Shown one piece after another: positions 10,976-20,299 of a stretch of 64,000 bases of DNA. This DNA comes from a bacterium (GTDB lineage: Bacteria > UBA8248): assembly GCA_965213625.1 (NCBI GenBank), contig CBDBZU010000004.1, forward strand, positions 1,472,001-1,536,000, given 5' to 3'. Each line of letters opens with the position of its first letter. The first letter of the stretch is position 1. A program made the position numbers and the translations under genes. The notes under the pieces were generated by a model. The model was not told the origin of the DNA, ran no database searches, and was given only the letters and a program-made list of their open reading frames with translations.

Positions 10976-13900
10976 GTGCTGAGTCGAAGCTGCATCCGAA
11001 GGCCCGTGGGAACCATCATGGGCGTGGTGTGTGCGCTGGTGCTCGGCTTTTTTGCGCTCACGCGACTGCCTGTCGATTTCCTGCCCAGAATCGTCTATCC
11101 GCGAATATTCATAGGGATAGACTTCGAGGGGGCCGACCCCAAAGTGGTCGAGGAGCAGGTGACCAAGGTGGTGGAGCGCGAACTCGCGACCACGCAGGGG
11201 GTGGTGCGCATTTTCTCGATCAGCCGCGAGGGCGCCGCGCGCTTGTGGATGTTCTTCGATTTCGACCGAGACATCGATCTCGCGCTCCAGGACGCCATCA
11301 CCAAATTCAACGTCGCCAGAAGAAACCTGCCGCAGGAGATACAGGATCAGCTACAGAACACGCGCATCTTCAAGTCCGACCCGGCGCAGGTGCCCATCAT
11401 CGAATACGCGCTGTCTTCCAAAACCCTCAAAGGTCCGCAGCTTCAGACCTGGGCGCGAAAGGTGCTCATCCCCCAGCTCATGACCGTCCCCGGTATCGCT
11501 TCGGTGGAGGCGTTCGGGGGCCAGGACGAGGAGGTGCAGGTGCTCGTCGATCTGCCGAGGATGCAGGGTCTGGGTCTCGACCTGCCCGCGGTCTTGAGGC
11601 GGATGCGCTCCGAGAATATGGACCTGGCCGCCGGACGGGTGAAAACCGCCCACCGGGAGTATTCGAGCCGGACGGCGGGCAAGCTCAAGAGCGCGGGGGA
11701 GCTTTCGCGCCTCATCTTCCCCACCAGGGACGGCCGCAGAGTCTATCTGCGTGATTTCGCAAAAGTTCACGACGCCGGCAAGGAGCGGCGCATATTCGTG
11801 TGGCTGAACGGCGATGAGAGCGTCAAGGTGGTGGCTCTGAAGCAGCCCGACGCGAACACGGTCTCCGTCGTGGACGGTCTCAGCGATAGACTCGCCTTCC
11901 TGACGCGCTACGGCATCGTTCCGCCCGACATCACCCTCGTTCCGATTTCGGATCAGAGTTTCTTCATCCGCGCCTCGATCAAGAATGTCCTCTCCTCCGC
12001 CTTGGTGGGCGGCACTTTGGCGATACTGGTGGTGCTCTGCTTCCTGGGGAGTCTCAGGCGCACACTGATCATCGGCCTGGCGATCCCGATCGCTTCGGTC
12101 TTCACGTTTTTTCTCATGTGGGTGCTCGGCTTCACCTTCAACATATTCAGTCTGGGCGGGGTGGCGCTCGGCGTCGGGATGCTCGTGGATAACGCCATCG
12201 TCATGCTCGAGAACATTTCGCGCCATCAGGCGGGAGGCGGTGACCCCGTGGAGTCGGCGGAGAGTGGCTCCGCCGAGGTGGAGAGCGCCATGTTGGCTTC
12301 CACGTTCACGAACGTGGCCGCCGTGATGCCGTTTTTGCTGGTATCAGGCTACGTGGCGTTGCTGTTCCGCGAGTTGATACTCACCATCACGCTGGCGTTC
12401 ATTTGCAGCCTCATGGTCGGTCTCACGGTCGTGGCCATGCTCTCCGCCCGGCTCCTGCAGGTCCCGATGAGCAGCGGCTTCAGCCGCTTTCCACTTTTCC
12501 GCCTATTCATCTGGTTCATCGATCTGCTCAACCGGATCTATCGTTATCTCTTAAGGCCGGTTCTCACTCTCCGCTGGGTGGTCATCATCCTCGCCCTGGC
12601 CGTCTGCGCGAGCAGCTACATGCTCATCGGCAAGCTGGGCAATGAACTCCTGCCCCAGGTGGACGATGGGCGTATCTCGGTGGATATCCGCTTCTCTCCC
12701 GGCGGCACCTTGGAATACACCAAACAGGTGACGCGCGAGATTCACGACATGCTCGTGCGCGACCCCGCCGTCGACAAAGTGTTCGCCACGGCGGGAGGGC
12801 GTCTTTTCGGGCGCAATTTCTCGCCCTCCGCCACGAGGGGCAGAATCGATGTGACACTCAAAGACGGCGTGAGCGTTTTCGAATACCTCAGAAAGCTGAG
12901 ACCCCGGCTCACGCGGATGACGTATCCAGACGCGCGTATTTATGCCTTCAAGAGCCGGGTGCGCGGCCTTCGCACCTCCAATACACGCCACAACAAGAGT
13001 TTTTCCCTGGGCGTCCGGGGAGAGGATCTGCCTACGATCAACCGCATTGCCGAAGAAGTCGTAGAGAAGCTCCAGGGGGTGGATGGGCTTCACAACGTGC
13101 AGATGACCGAGGACAGGCCCCGGCCCGAGTTCCGCATCCAGGTGAACAGGGAGCGCGCGGCGGAACTCGGCCTCTCGGTCGAGGACGTGGGCGACACCGT
13201 GGCCACGGCGGTCGATGGCTCCATCGCCACCTTCATCAACCGGGTGGATACGCGCGTGCCTGTGCGGGTCAAGTTCTCGGACACCGAGATAAAAAGCGAG
13301 CAGGATCTGGCGCAACTGCCCCTGTTTCCCCAGAACCAGAACGGGCGCGCCACGCGCTTGAACCACGTGGCGCACATTCGCTACGGACAGGGCAGTTCGG
13401 TCATTACCCGCACGGATCAGAACCGCCACCTCCAGATAACGGGTGACATCCAGGGCCGTTCGCTGGGCGACGTGAGCGCGGACGTGCGCGCACGCTTGAA
13501 AGGCATCAACGTACCGAGGGGCTACTTCATCCTGCCCGGCGAGGATGAGGAGAACCTGAAGAAATCGAACCGCGAGCTTCTTATCCTGGCGCTTCTCGCG
13601 ATATTTTTGGTCTACACGGTGCTGGCCGTCCAGTACGACTCGCTCGTGAATCCCTTGGTCATCATCTTCGCCGTTCCGCCGGCGCTCACCGGCGCGCTGC
13701 TTGGCCTCTATCTCACGAAGACGCCCTTCGGCTCAACGGTGCTCATCGGCGTCATACTCCTGGTGGGCATCGTGGTGAACAACTCCATCGTCATGATCGA
13801 CTACGTCGAACGCCTGAGAGAACGCGGAATGGATATCAGAGAAGCCATCATCGAGGGAGCATCGACGAGGCTGCGCCCGATTCTCATGACCACACTGACA

Positions 13901-14116
13901 ACCATCATCGCGCTCACGCCTCTGGCGAGCGGCTGGGGGAAGGGCTCGGAAATGCTCAAGCCCTTAGGCCTCGTCGTGTTGAGCGGGCTCTCCCTATCCA
14001 CCCTGTTCACGCTCTTTCTCGTGCCCTGCATCTATCTTGCGGCCCAGAATTTCGTGCGCTCTCTCCGGCGCGCCGTGGGTCTGCGCGAGACGAAATACAC
14101 CGCACCCGCCGCATAG
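10976..14116 (+). CDS. RND (AcrB/AcrD/AcrF family) efflux permease
   Basis: 1046 aa. IRRPV, GMLVDNAIVMLENI, GIVVNNSIV, RLRPILMT. Confidence 0.96.
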   Translation: MLSRSCIRRPVGTIMGVVCALVLGFFALTRLPVDFLPRIVYPRIFIGIDFEGADPKVVEEQVTKVVERELATTQGVVRIFSISREGAARLWMFFDFDRDIDLALQDAITKFNVARRNLPQEIQDQLQNTRIFKSDPAQVPIIEYALSSKTLKGPQLQTWARKVLIPQLMTVPGIASVEAFGGQDEEVQVLVDLPRMQGLGLDLPAVLRRMRSENMDLAAGRVKTAHREYSSRTAGKLKSAGELSRLIFPTRDGRRVYLRDFAKVHDAGKERRIFVWLNGDESVKVVALKQPDANTVSVVDGLSDRLAFLTRYGIVPPDITLVPISDQSFFIRASIKNVLSSALVGGTLAILVVLCFLGSLRRTLIIGLAIPIASVFTFFLMWVLGFTFNIFSLGGVALGVGMLVDNAIVMLENISRHQAGGGDPVESAESGSAEVESAMLASTFTNVAAVMPFLLVSGYVALLFRELILTITLAFICSLMVGLTVVAMLSARLLQVPMSSGFSRFPLFRLFIWFIDLLNRIYRYLLRPVLTLRWVVIILALAVCASSYMLIGKLGNELLPQVDDGRISVDIRFSPGGTLEYTKQVTREIHDMLVRDPAVDKVFATAGGRLFGRNFSPSATRGRIDVTLKDGVSVFEYLRKLRPRLTRMTYPDARIYAFKSRVRGLRTSNTRHNKSFSLGVRGEDLPTINRIAEEVVEKLQGVDGLHNVQMTEDRPRPEFRIQVNRERAAELGLSVEDVGDTVATAVDGSIATFINRVDTRVPVRVKFSDTEIKSEQDLAQLPLFPQNQNGRATRLNHVAHIRYGQGSSVITRTDQNRHLQITGDIQGRSLGDVSADVRARLKGINVPRGYFILPGEDEENLKKSNRELLILALLAIFLVYTVLAVQYDSLVNPLVIIFAVPPALTGALLGLYLTKTPFGSTVLIGVILLVGIVVNNSIVMIDYVERLRERGMDIREAIIEGASTRLRPILMTTLTTIIALTPLASGWGKGSEMLKPLGLVVLSGLSLSTLFTLFLVPCIYLAAQNFVRSLRRAVGLRETKYTAPAA

Positions 14117-14220
14117 GTCCAGGCTCAAAACGGTCTGGGCCACCTCTCTGGATTTGCGCGGGAAATCCCCGTAGTATCCCCTCCGTCTGAAAGCTGGTTA
14201 TTTTGCAATAGGGAGAGAAC

Positions 14221-14958
14221 ATGGCAAGGAAAGGAATGGGCGAAATGGTGCGCGCGGACGGCAGGCTTCCAGATGAGAACCGGAAAATCCGCGTCGAGCC
14301 CGATTACGTAAATACCTGCGCGGGAAGCTGCCTCATCTCGGTGGGAGATACGAGGGTCCTGTGCGCGGCTTCGGTGGAAGGGCGCGTGCCGCCCCACAAG
14401 CGCGATTCGGGCGAGGGTTGGGTGACGGCGGAATACGCTATGCTGCCGGGCAGTTCCCCCTGGCGGGTGGATAGAAAACGCGCACGAGCGGGCCGCAGCC
14501 AGGAGATACAGCGCTTGATCGGGCGTTCGATGCGCTCGATAGTCGACCTCTCGAAAATCGAGGGGCTGACGATTTACATCGACTGCGATGTCATACAAGC
14601 CGACGGCGGCACGCGGTGCGCCGCCATCACGGGGGGCTACGTGGCGCTTGCGCACGCGGTGAACACCCTGCTCGCGGAGGAGCGTATCGACGAATCGCCT
14701 ATCCGCGAAGCGGTGGCCGCGGTGAGCGTCGGCGTGGTCGGGGGCGTCCCCATGCTGGATCTGGATTACTCGGAGGATTCGACCGCCGAGGTGGACATGA
14801 ACGTCGTGATGACCGGCGGCGGCCGCTTCGTGGAGCTTCAGGGAACGGCCGAGCAGACCCCGTTCCGCAAGAGCGATCTGAGCCGCTTAATCGCCCTGGC
14901 GGAAAAAGGCATCGGCGAACTCCTGGAGATTCAGGTGAATCACGTCGGCGCGAAATGA
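14221..14958 (+). CDS. rph: Ribonuclease PH
   Basis: GWVTAEYAMLP, EIQRLIGRS, DVIQADGGTRCAAITG, DMNVVM, ELQGTAE. Confidence 0.97.
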   Translation: MARKGMGEMVRADGRLPDENRKIRVEPDYVNTCAGSCLISVGDTRVLCAASVEGRVPPHKRDSGEGWVTAEYAMLPGSSPWRVDRKRARAGRSQEIQRLIGRSMRSIVDLSKIEGLTIYIDCDVIQADGGTRCAAITGGYVALAHAVNTLLAEERIDESPIREAVAAVSVGVVGGVPMLDLDYSEDSTAEVDMNVVMTGGGRFVELQGTAEQTPFRKSDLSRLIALAEKGIGELLEIQVNHVGAK

Positions 14959-15557
14959 AGATCGTTCTCGCGAGTGGAAATCCCGGAAAAGCGCGCGAGG
15001 TGCGCGCCGCCCTTGAGGGTTTGGACGTCGAGTTGTTAAGCCCTGATGAGGCGGGTATCGAATTCGACGTTGAAGAGACCGGCTCCACCTACGCGGAAAA
15101 CGCGCTCATCAAGGCGCGGGCCGCGTGCGAGGCGAGCGGCTTGTCCGCCCTGGCCGATGATTCGGGCGTCGAAGTGGATGCGCTGCCCGGTGAGTTGGGA
15201 GTACGTTCCGCGCGCTTCGGCGGCGAGGGGCTGGATGATTCTGGGCGTAACGCGCTCTTGCTCGAAAGGATGCGCGAGGTTGCGGATGCAGAGCGAGGTG
15301 CTCGCTACGCCTGCGTGCTGGCTTTCGTTAAGCCGGATGGCTGGTTCGGTTTTTTCGAGGGCGCGATGCACGGGCGAATACTGCGTGCGCCTAAGGGGGA
15401 GGGTGGATTCGGCTACGATCCGCTCATGTATCTGCCCGAGCACGGCTGCGCCGTCTCGGAGCTTCCGCTCGATGTGAAAAACCGCATCAGCCACCGGGGA
15501 ATCGCGCTTGCGGAATTCCGCGGGTGGCTGGCCCGCGAGGCGGCGGATGAGTCATAA
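14955..15557 (+). CDS. rdgB: Non-canonical purine NTP pyrophosphatase (RdgB/Ham1)
   Basis: LASGNPGK, ENALIKA, LADDSG, GFGYDP, KNRISHRG. ATGA overlap with rph. Confidence 0.96.
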   Translation: MKIVLASGNPGKAREVRAALEGLDVELLSPDEAGIEFDVEETGSTYAENALIKARAACEASGLSALADDSGVEVDALPGELGVRSARFGGEGLDDSGRNALLLERMREVADAERGARYACVLAFVKPDGWFGFFEGAMHGRILRAPKGEGGFGYDPLMYLPEHGCAVSELPLDVKNRISHRGIALAEFRGWLAREAADES

Positions 15558-15665
15558 TAGAGGGACGAGAAGAAAATGCGGCTGCTCTTCACCGGTGGTG
15601 AAGATGGCCGATGATAAACAAGGTGCCCATGATTTCATGGAGCGCGCGGAAAGGAGAAAACAGGT

Positions 15666-16343
15666 ATGTCCAGGATCGAGATGATTCAGCCCGAAGAAGC
15701 GGATGCCGACGTGGCCCGCTTCTACGAGGCTACCACCGCCATGCTGGGCCGTGTCCCGCATTCGATGCGGGTGCTGGCGAAGACTCCCCACATCGCCAAG
15801 GCCATGCTGCCCTTCGTGGCGACGCTTCAGCGCGAGGGTGGGGGCAGCGTGCTCACGTCCAAGGTAAAGGAGATGGTGGTCATCAAGACGAGCCATCTTA
15901 ACGGGTGCGCATACTGATACGCGCACAACACGTCGCTTGGTCAAGCGGCTGGTATCACCCCCGAGCAAGTGGAAGTTATCGGCACCGATGGCTACATGGA
16001 ATCGGATTTGTTCACCTCGCGCGAAAAAGCGGCCATCCTGTGGGCGGAGCACGTAACGCTCAACACCGCGCGTTCGAGAGACGACGTGTTCGAGGAAGTG
16101 CGAAAACACTTCTCCGAAGCCGAGATCGTCGAACTCACGATGGTGAGCGGACTGTTCAACCTCTTTAACCGCTACATGGATTCGCTCGGCATCCCGCTCG
16201 AAGAGCAGCGTGAGGTCGACAAGATCAAGAAATCTCTCCATTTGGACGGCGGGAAGGTCAAAACCTACTACAAGACGATGGTCGATCACTGGCCGAACGA
16301 GTATCCCGAACCAGACGCCCAGGACCCGAACAAAAACGGCTGA
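15666..16343 (+). CDS. AhpD/carboxymuconolactone-decarboxylase-like selenoprotein (C-A-Y-U motif, Sec at TGA 15915-15917)
   Basis: ORFs 15666..15917 and 15969..16343 share one frame and are separated by a single TGA: KEMVVIKTSHLNGCAY-U-YAHNTSLG, matching the AhpD CxxC-xxH motif. A hairpin follows the TGA. Confidence 0.88.
15915..15957 (+). promoter_or_regulatory. Candidate bacterial SECIS element
   Basis: Apical stem GTCGCTT-GGTC-AAGCGGC (15932-15949), loop 21 nt after the TGA. TGATAC and GTATCA can also pair as an outer stem. Confidence 0.75.
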
Positions 16344-16358
16344 TACATATAGCAAATC

Positions 16359-16395
16359 AAGACCGCCTCGGGGCGTCGGCTCCGGGGCGGTTTTT
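16359..16395 (+). terminator. Rho-independent terminator
   Basis: GACCGCCTCGGGG...CTCCGGGGCGGTT stem followed by a T-run, just after the selenoprotein stop. Confidence 0.75.
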
Positions 16396-16536
16396 GGTTG
16401 GGGGCTTCCGCATCGCGTGACGCGGGTTTCGGCCACATTCCTATTTTTGCCCCTGCTGGATATCATCCGCTCGAATCGACATAATATGTCCGTTCGCTGC
16501 TGCAGGATGTGACCCCTCCATTACCGAGGATTCCGC

Positions 16537-17001
16537 ATGAAGTGCATCGTCTGTGCCATTGCAGTGCTTGCCACCGTTGTCTCCGCAAGCGCCGAGACGA
16601 ACGTGGAAAGCGTGTTCAACTGCCAGGTGAGCTACACCATCCTGAACGGCTACAAGGTGGAGCAGAAGGTGCGCATCACCTTGCCGGCCGACAAGCGCGA
16701 CTTGGCTGTCTGGCTGGTGGAGCGCAAAAAAGGCGAGTTCAAGAAGCTGGCTTATCCAATAGGAGGCGAGGGAGAACTCCTCATCACGCGGCCCTTTAAC
16801 AAGGAGAAATCCGTCACCTACCCATTCATCCTCACCTGGCAGCCCTTCGGCCGCTTCCGCCTTACGGGGTTTTTCCTGTCGAGGAGGCATTCCCACACCG
16901 TCGTGGTGCGTGATGAGAAGGAGAAGCGGATCATCGAGATATTCCCCGCCTTTCCGGCCCACATCGCCACCAAGCTCGCGCGCGGGGAGTGTGAGAAGTA
17001 A
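16537..17001 (+). CDS. Hypothetical exported protein
   Basis: GAGG RBS, signal peptide MKCIVCAIAVLATVVSASA, coding-like codon usage. Confidence 0.7.
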   Translation: MKCIVCAIAVLATVVSASAETNVESVFNCQVSYTILNGYKVEQKVRITLPADKRDLAVWLVERKKGEFKKLAYPIGGEGELLITRPFNKEKSVTYPFILTWQPFGRFRLTGFFLSRRHSHTVVVRDEKEKRIIEIFPAFPAHIATKLARGECEK

Positions 17002-17014
17002 AGGAGAAACACAG

Positions 17015-17332
17015 GTGTTCAAAAGAGTCGTCCATCCTGGCGAGATTTTGAAGGATGAATTGACGGAACTCGGCGTCACGCCCACCGAATTCGCGCGCCA
17101 GATCGACGTACTACCCAACCGGGTGAGCCAGATTATCAATGGCAAGCGTTCGATCACCGGCGATCCGGCCCTGCGCTTCGGTCACTGGTTCGGCGTCGAG
17201 CCCGAATTCTGGCTGAACCTGCAGGCCCATTTCGAACTTGCCTGCGCCGAGGAAGAATCAGGCGATGATGTCCGCCGTCTGCCTACGAGGGAGAACCCAC
17301 CGCCTAGGGCCGCATTGCCAAAAGCGATTTAA
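17015..17332 (+). CDS. higA: HigA/VapI-family antitoxin (Xre HTH)
   Basis: VHPGEILKDEL...RVSQIINGKRSIT...ALRFGHWFG...FWLNLQ. AAGGAG RBS before the GTG at 17015. Confidence 0.9.
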   Translation: MFKRVVHPGEILKDELTELGVTPTEFARQIDVLPNRVSQIINGKRSITGDPALRFGHWFGVEPEFWLNLQAHFELACAEEESGDDVRRLPTRENPPPRAALPKAI

Positions 17333-17432
17333 TAAAGACGATTGTCGTCGGGATCGAACCAGCATTTTACCTCGGCGGGGTTCCATGACTTCTCACCCAT
17401 ACCCGATTTCTATCCGCGCTAATCCTCTGTTT

Positions 17433-18290
17433 CTACAAATAACACTTGAGCAACCTGATGCTCCTCTCCGCCGCAACCCGGAAGGCGGGTTTCTGGTCAA
17501 TCTGCACCGATAGCACGCCCTCGTAGTCGATTTCCCTGAGCGCGCGGATGAAGTCACCGAAGTGGATGTGGGCCGAACCCGGATAGCCGCGCGTGGAATC
17601 GGCCACGTGCACGTATTCTATCCAATCGCGAGCGGCGAAGATGGCCCCGGGGATGGAGGCGTCCTCGGAATTCATCCAGCAACTGTCGATCATGAGGGCG
17701 AGGCCGGCGTGATTCTCCTCCTTCACGTATTCCATTCCCTGGCGCACGGTGTTGATGAAGTTCGTCTCGTAGCGGTTGTAGGGTTCGATGTAGATCTTCA
17801 TGCCGCGCTCTGCGGCATAGTCCGCTCCTGCGGTCATCGCGTCGCGCATCCAGCCGTTCGAGATTTCCCACATCTCGCCGGGGATGCACGTGCCGCGGAA
17901 CCGGCCGATGTTCACGCCCAAGGCGCCGAGTTTCTCGCCCGCATCGATCAGCGAGCGCAGCCGGGCGGCGCCCGCTTCCCGGACTTCGGCGTCCGGGTGG
18001 CACATCATCACCCCGTCCTGAAGCTCGCTGGGGGCCGAACCTATCATCGTCACCGAAAAGCCCGAGCGTGCGATTTCCGCCTCCACCCCCTGTGCGTCGG
18101 GGTCCTCGGGGTCGCGCATGGCGACCTCCAAAGTGTCGTAGCCCAATTCCTTGAGGACGCCCAGGTTTTCTCCGAAATCCCCGCGCACGCCCGGCATCAG
18201 GGGCGAGCGCACCTCGGGCGTGGTGATGACGTAGCCCACGCTCATGCGGCTGGGTTCAGAGTATTCGGCAGGGTAAAGGGATATCGGCAT
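17433..18290 (-). CDS. Sugar phosphate isomerase/epimerase (xylose-isomerase-like TIM barrel, IolO-like)
   Basis: IEPYNRYETNFIN, YVHVADSTRGYPG. GGAG RBS before 18290. Confidence 0.85.
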   Translation of the reverse strand: MPISLYPAEYSEPSRMSVGYVITTPEVRSPLMPGVRGDFGENLGVLKELGYDTLEVAMRDPEDPDAQGVEAEIARSGFSVTMIGSAPSELQDGVMMCHPDAEVREAGAARLRSLIDAGEKLGALGVNIGRFRGTCIPGEMWEISNGWMRDAMTAGADYAAERGMKIYIEPYNRYETNFINTVRQGMEYVKEENHAGLALMIDSCWMNSEDASIPGAIFAARDWIEYVHVADSTRGYPGSAHIHFGDFIRALREIDYEGVLSVQIDQKPAFRVAAERSIRLLKCYL

Positions 18291-18429
18291 TTTCGTATGT
18301 CTCCAAGGTAGAAATATCTCGTAAATATTCTGGGAGATTACGGCCACGAGCGCATCTTGTCGAGCGGAGCAGGGGGGATTGTTGATAGAGAAAATGCGAA
18401 GGCCCCCCGAGGACGGGGGGCCTGAAGCC

Positions 18430-19527
18430 TCAAGACCGGATGAGAAGCTGAAATGCGTATCCCGCGACCAGCGAGCCCAGTATGCCGACCGCCAGGTAGA
18501 TGGCGAAAACTTTTCGTTTCACCAGCGCCCACACGCCGGCCATGGCGGGTACGCACGTGACGGGACCCGCGATGAGAAATGCCATGGCAGCGCCCCCGCC
18601 CATGCCGGCGGCAAGGAGTCCCTTGGTGATGGGAATGGCGGCGACGCCCGAAGTGTAGAGCGGTATTCCCACCGCACTCGCCAGGGGGATCGACCAGGGG
18701 TTGTCTTTACCGAGTATCGCGCCTATCCACGCGGGGTCGACGTAGTGAACGATGAGCGCTTCCAGGAAAAACGCCACCGTCAGCCACTTGGCGAGATAAA
18801 GGCCCACGCTGCTCGCCTGGGCGGCGAAGCCGCTCAAAGACGGCCTGTGCATCCGGGTTTCACCTTGGGTTTCTTGCGCACCCGGCGCAACGATGCTCCT
18901 GAGTTCCCCGTCGAGCCTTCCGCCTCGCCCGATGAGGTAGGTGGCGTAGCCTGCGGCGGCGCCCAAAACAACCGCGCTGATGAGCCGCGCTACGGCGTAG
19001 TCCGTGCCCAGAACGCCTGCGGTCAGCACGAATTTTTCAGGACTCATCAGGGGCGAGCTGATCCAGAAGGCCATCACGGGTCCAAGTGGTACGCCGCTTG
19101 CCAGCATGGCGGCGATCAGGGGAATGACGCCGCAGGAGCAAAACGGAACTACGGCGCCCACCGCGGACGCGCCGGCGATAGCCATGCCCTGGCGCTTGTC
19201 GAAAACCGCCTTTATCTTGTCCGCGTACCCGGCGACGGTGACCCACGCCGATACCCCCACGCTCAGGAGGAAAAAGGGCGCGATGCCCCAGAAGCTGTTC
19301 AGCATGAACAAGATATTTCGCTTGATCTCGTCGGTGATGAGGCCGGCGGAAATCTCTCGTTCCGCTCCCGCCCACAGGATGAGCGCAAATAGCGCGCCTA
19401 TCGATATGAAGCTCCACAGGTAGGGGGAAGTCCACCTGGCTTTCGGCTCCGGCGCGCAGCAGGAAACTTCCTCGGCGGACGATGCAAGGTTATCAGCGGC
19501 AGGCGTTGATTTCACTTCGGTGATCAT
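18430..19527 (-). CDS. DUF318/ArsP-family permease
   Basis: PFCSCGVIP, MAFWISSPL, GIPLY, AMAFLIAGP. N-terminal SCC. Confidence 0.88.
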   Translation of the reverse strand: MITEVKSTPAADNLASSAEEVSCCAPEPKARWTSPYLWSFISIGALFALILWAGAEREISAGLITDEIKRNILFMLNSFWGIAPFFLLSVGVSAWVTVAGYADKIKAVFDKRQGMAIAGASAVGAVVPFCSCGVIPLIAAMLASGVPLGPVMAFWISSPLMSPEKFVLTAGVLGTDYAVARLISAVVLGAAAGYATYLIGRGGRLDGELRSIVAPGAQETQGETRMHRPSLSGFAAQASSVGLYLAKWLTVAFFLEALIVHYVDPAWIGAILGKDNPWSIPLASAVGIPLYTSGVAAIPITKGLLAAGMGGGAAMAFLIAGPVTCVPAMAGVWALVKRKVFAIYLAVGILGSLVAGYAFQLLIRS

Positions 19528-20018
19528 GAAGATAACTCCTCGGCGGCGCGCGCGAGTTTTTCTATCGCGCGGACGATCTCTTCTTTCTCCGCAGGGGAGA
19601 ATTTATCCAGAAGCGCCCCGTCCTCGAGCGCGCAGCTTTCCGAGATAGTCCCATGAAGCGCCGCTCCCGCCTCGCTCAGACTCAGGCAGCACACGCGGCG
19701 GTCTCCTGCCTTCATGCAGCGCTCTATCAGGCCGCGCTCGACGAGCGGGTCAGCGCAGCGCGTAACGCCGCTTGGGGTGAGACGCATCCGTTTGGCGATG
19801 ACCCCCATGGGGAGGGGTTCCGCATCCGCGCCCGCGAGCATGTGGAGGAGCGTCCATTGGTTGTTCGTGATGTCGTGGCGGCACACAGCTTCTCTGTCGG
19901 CGGGTTTTTTCTGGTGGAAGAGATTATCGAGCGCCACGTGGAGCCGTGCGCCGAGGTCGTGTGTTTCAAGCGCTGTGGTTTCGCAAGAGGCTTGCGGCGT
20001 GATGTCCATTTTGTTCAC
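19524..20018 (-). CDS. MarR-family transcriptional regulator, Cys-rich
   Basis: ITNNQWTLL, LTPSGVTR, LVERGLIER, DRRVCCLSLSEAG. Overlaps the permease start. Confidence 0.88.
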   Translation of the reverse strand: MNKMDITPQASCETTALETHDLGARLHVALDNLFHQKKPADREAVCRHDITNNQWTLLHMLAGADAEPLPMGVIAKRMRLTPSGVTRCADPLVERGLIERCMKAGDRRVCCLSLSEAGAALHGTISESCALEDGALLDKFSPAEKEEIVRAIEKLARAAEELSS

Positions 20019-20090
20019 AACTCCTCTATTTCTTCATTCCGGATTCTTCCTGGTGAAACCCTTTCACCTGGATATATTTTTTAGTAACCG

Positions 20091-20154
20091 TCAAATATGT
20101 TATTTCTCAATATTTGACTAAATCAAATATATTAATGTTCAACTTTCCTGTCAA
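20091..20154 (-). promoter_or_regulatory. Sigma70 promoter overlapped by a palindromic operator
   Basis: Minus-strand TTGACA (20149-20154), 17-nt spacer, TATATT (20126-20131). Inverted repeat ATATTTGA-N5-TCAAATAT at 20110-20130 and a third TCAAATAT at 20091-20098. Confidence 0.72.
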
Positions 20155-20299
20155 GTGGAATACTTTTCTTATTAAAAACAGGTAGACCTCGGGGCGGAAC
20201 CGGCTTGTTCCATACCATCACCACCCCTATACTCTGGACGATTCGCACGGCGCCTCACCAAGCCGTTGTTACGCTTTCGTCTTGTGGGTCTTGAAGAGG

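Noticed and set aside
14616-14954. 313-aa version of rdgB
   Set aside because: The N-terminal extension is a shadow frame inside rph. The family N-terminus MKIVLAS starts at 14955.
15666-16343. Interpretation as a nonsense pseudogene or two separate genes
   Set aside because: The TGA sits at the conserved redox Cys position with a SECIS-like hairpin, and selD shows the same pattern.
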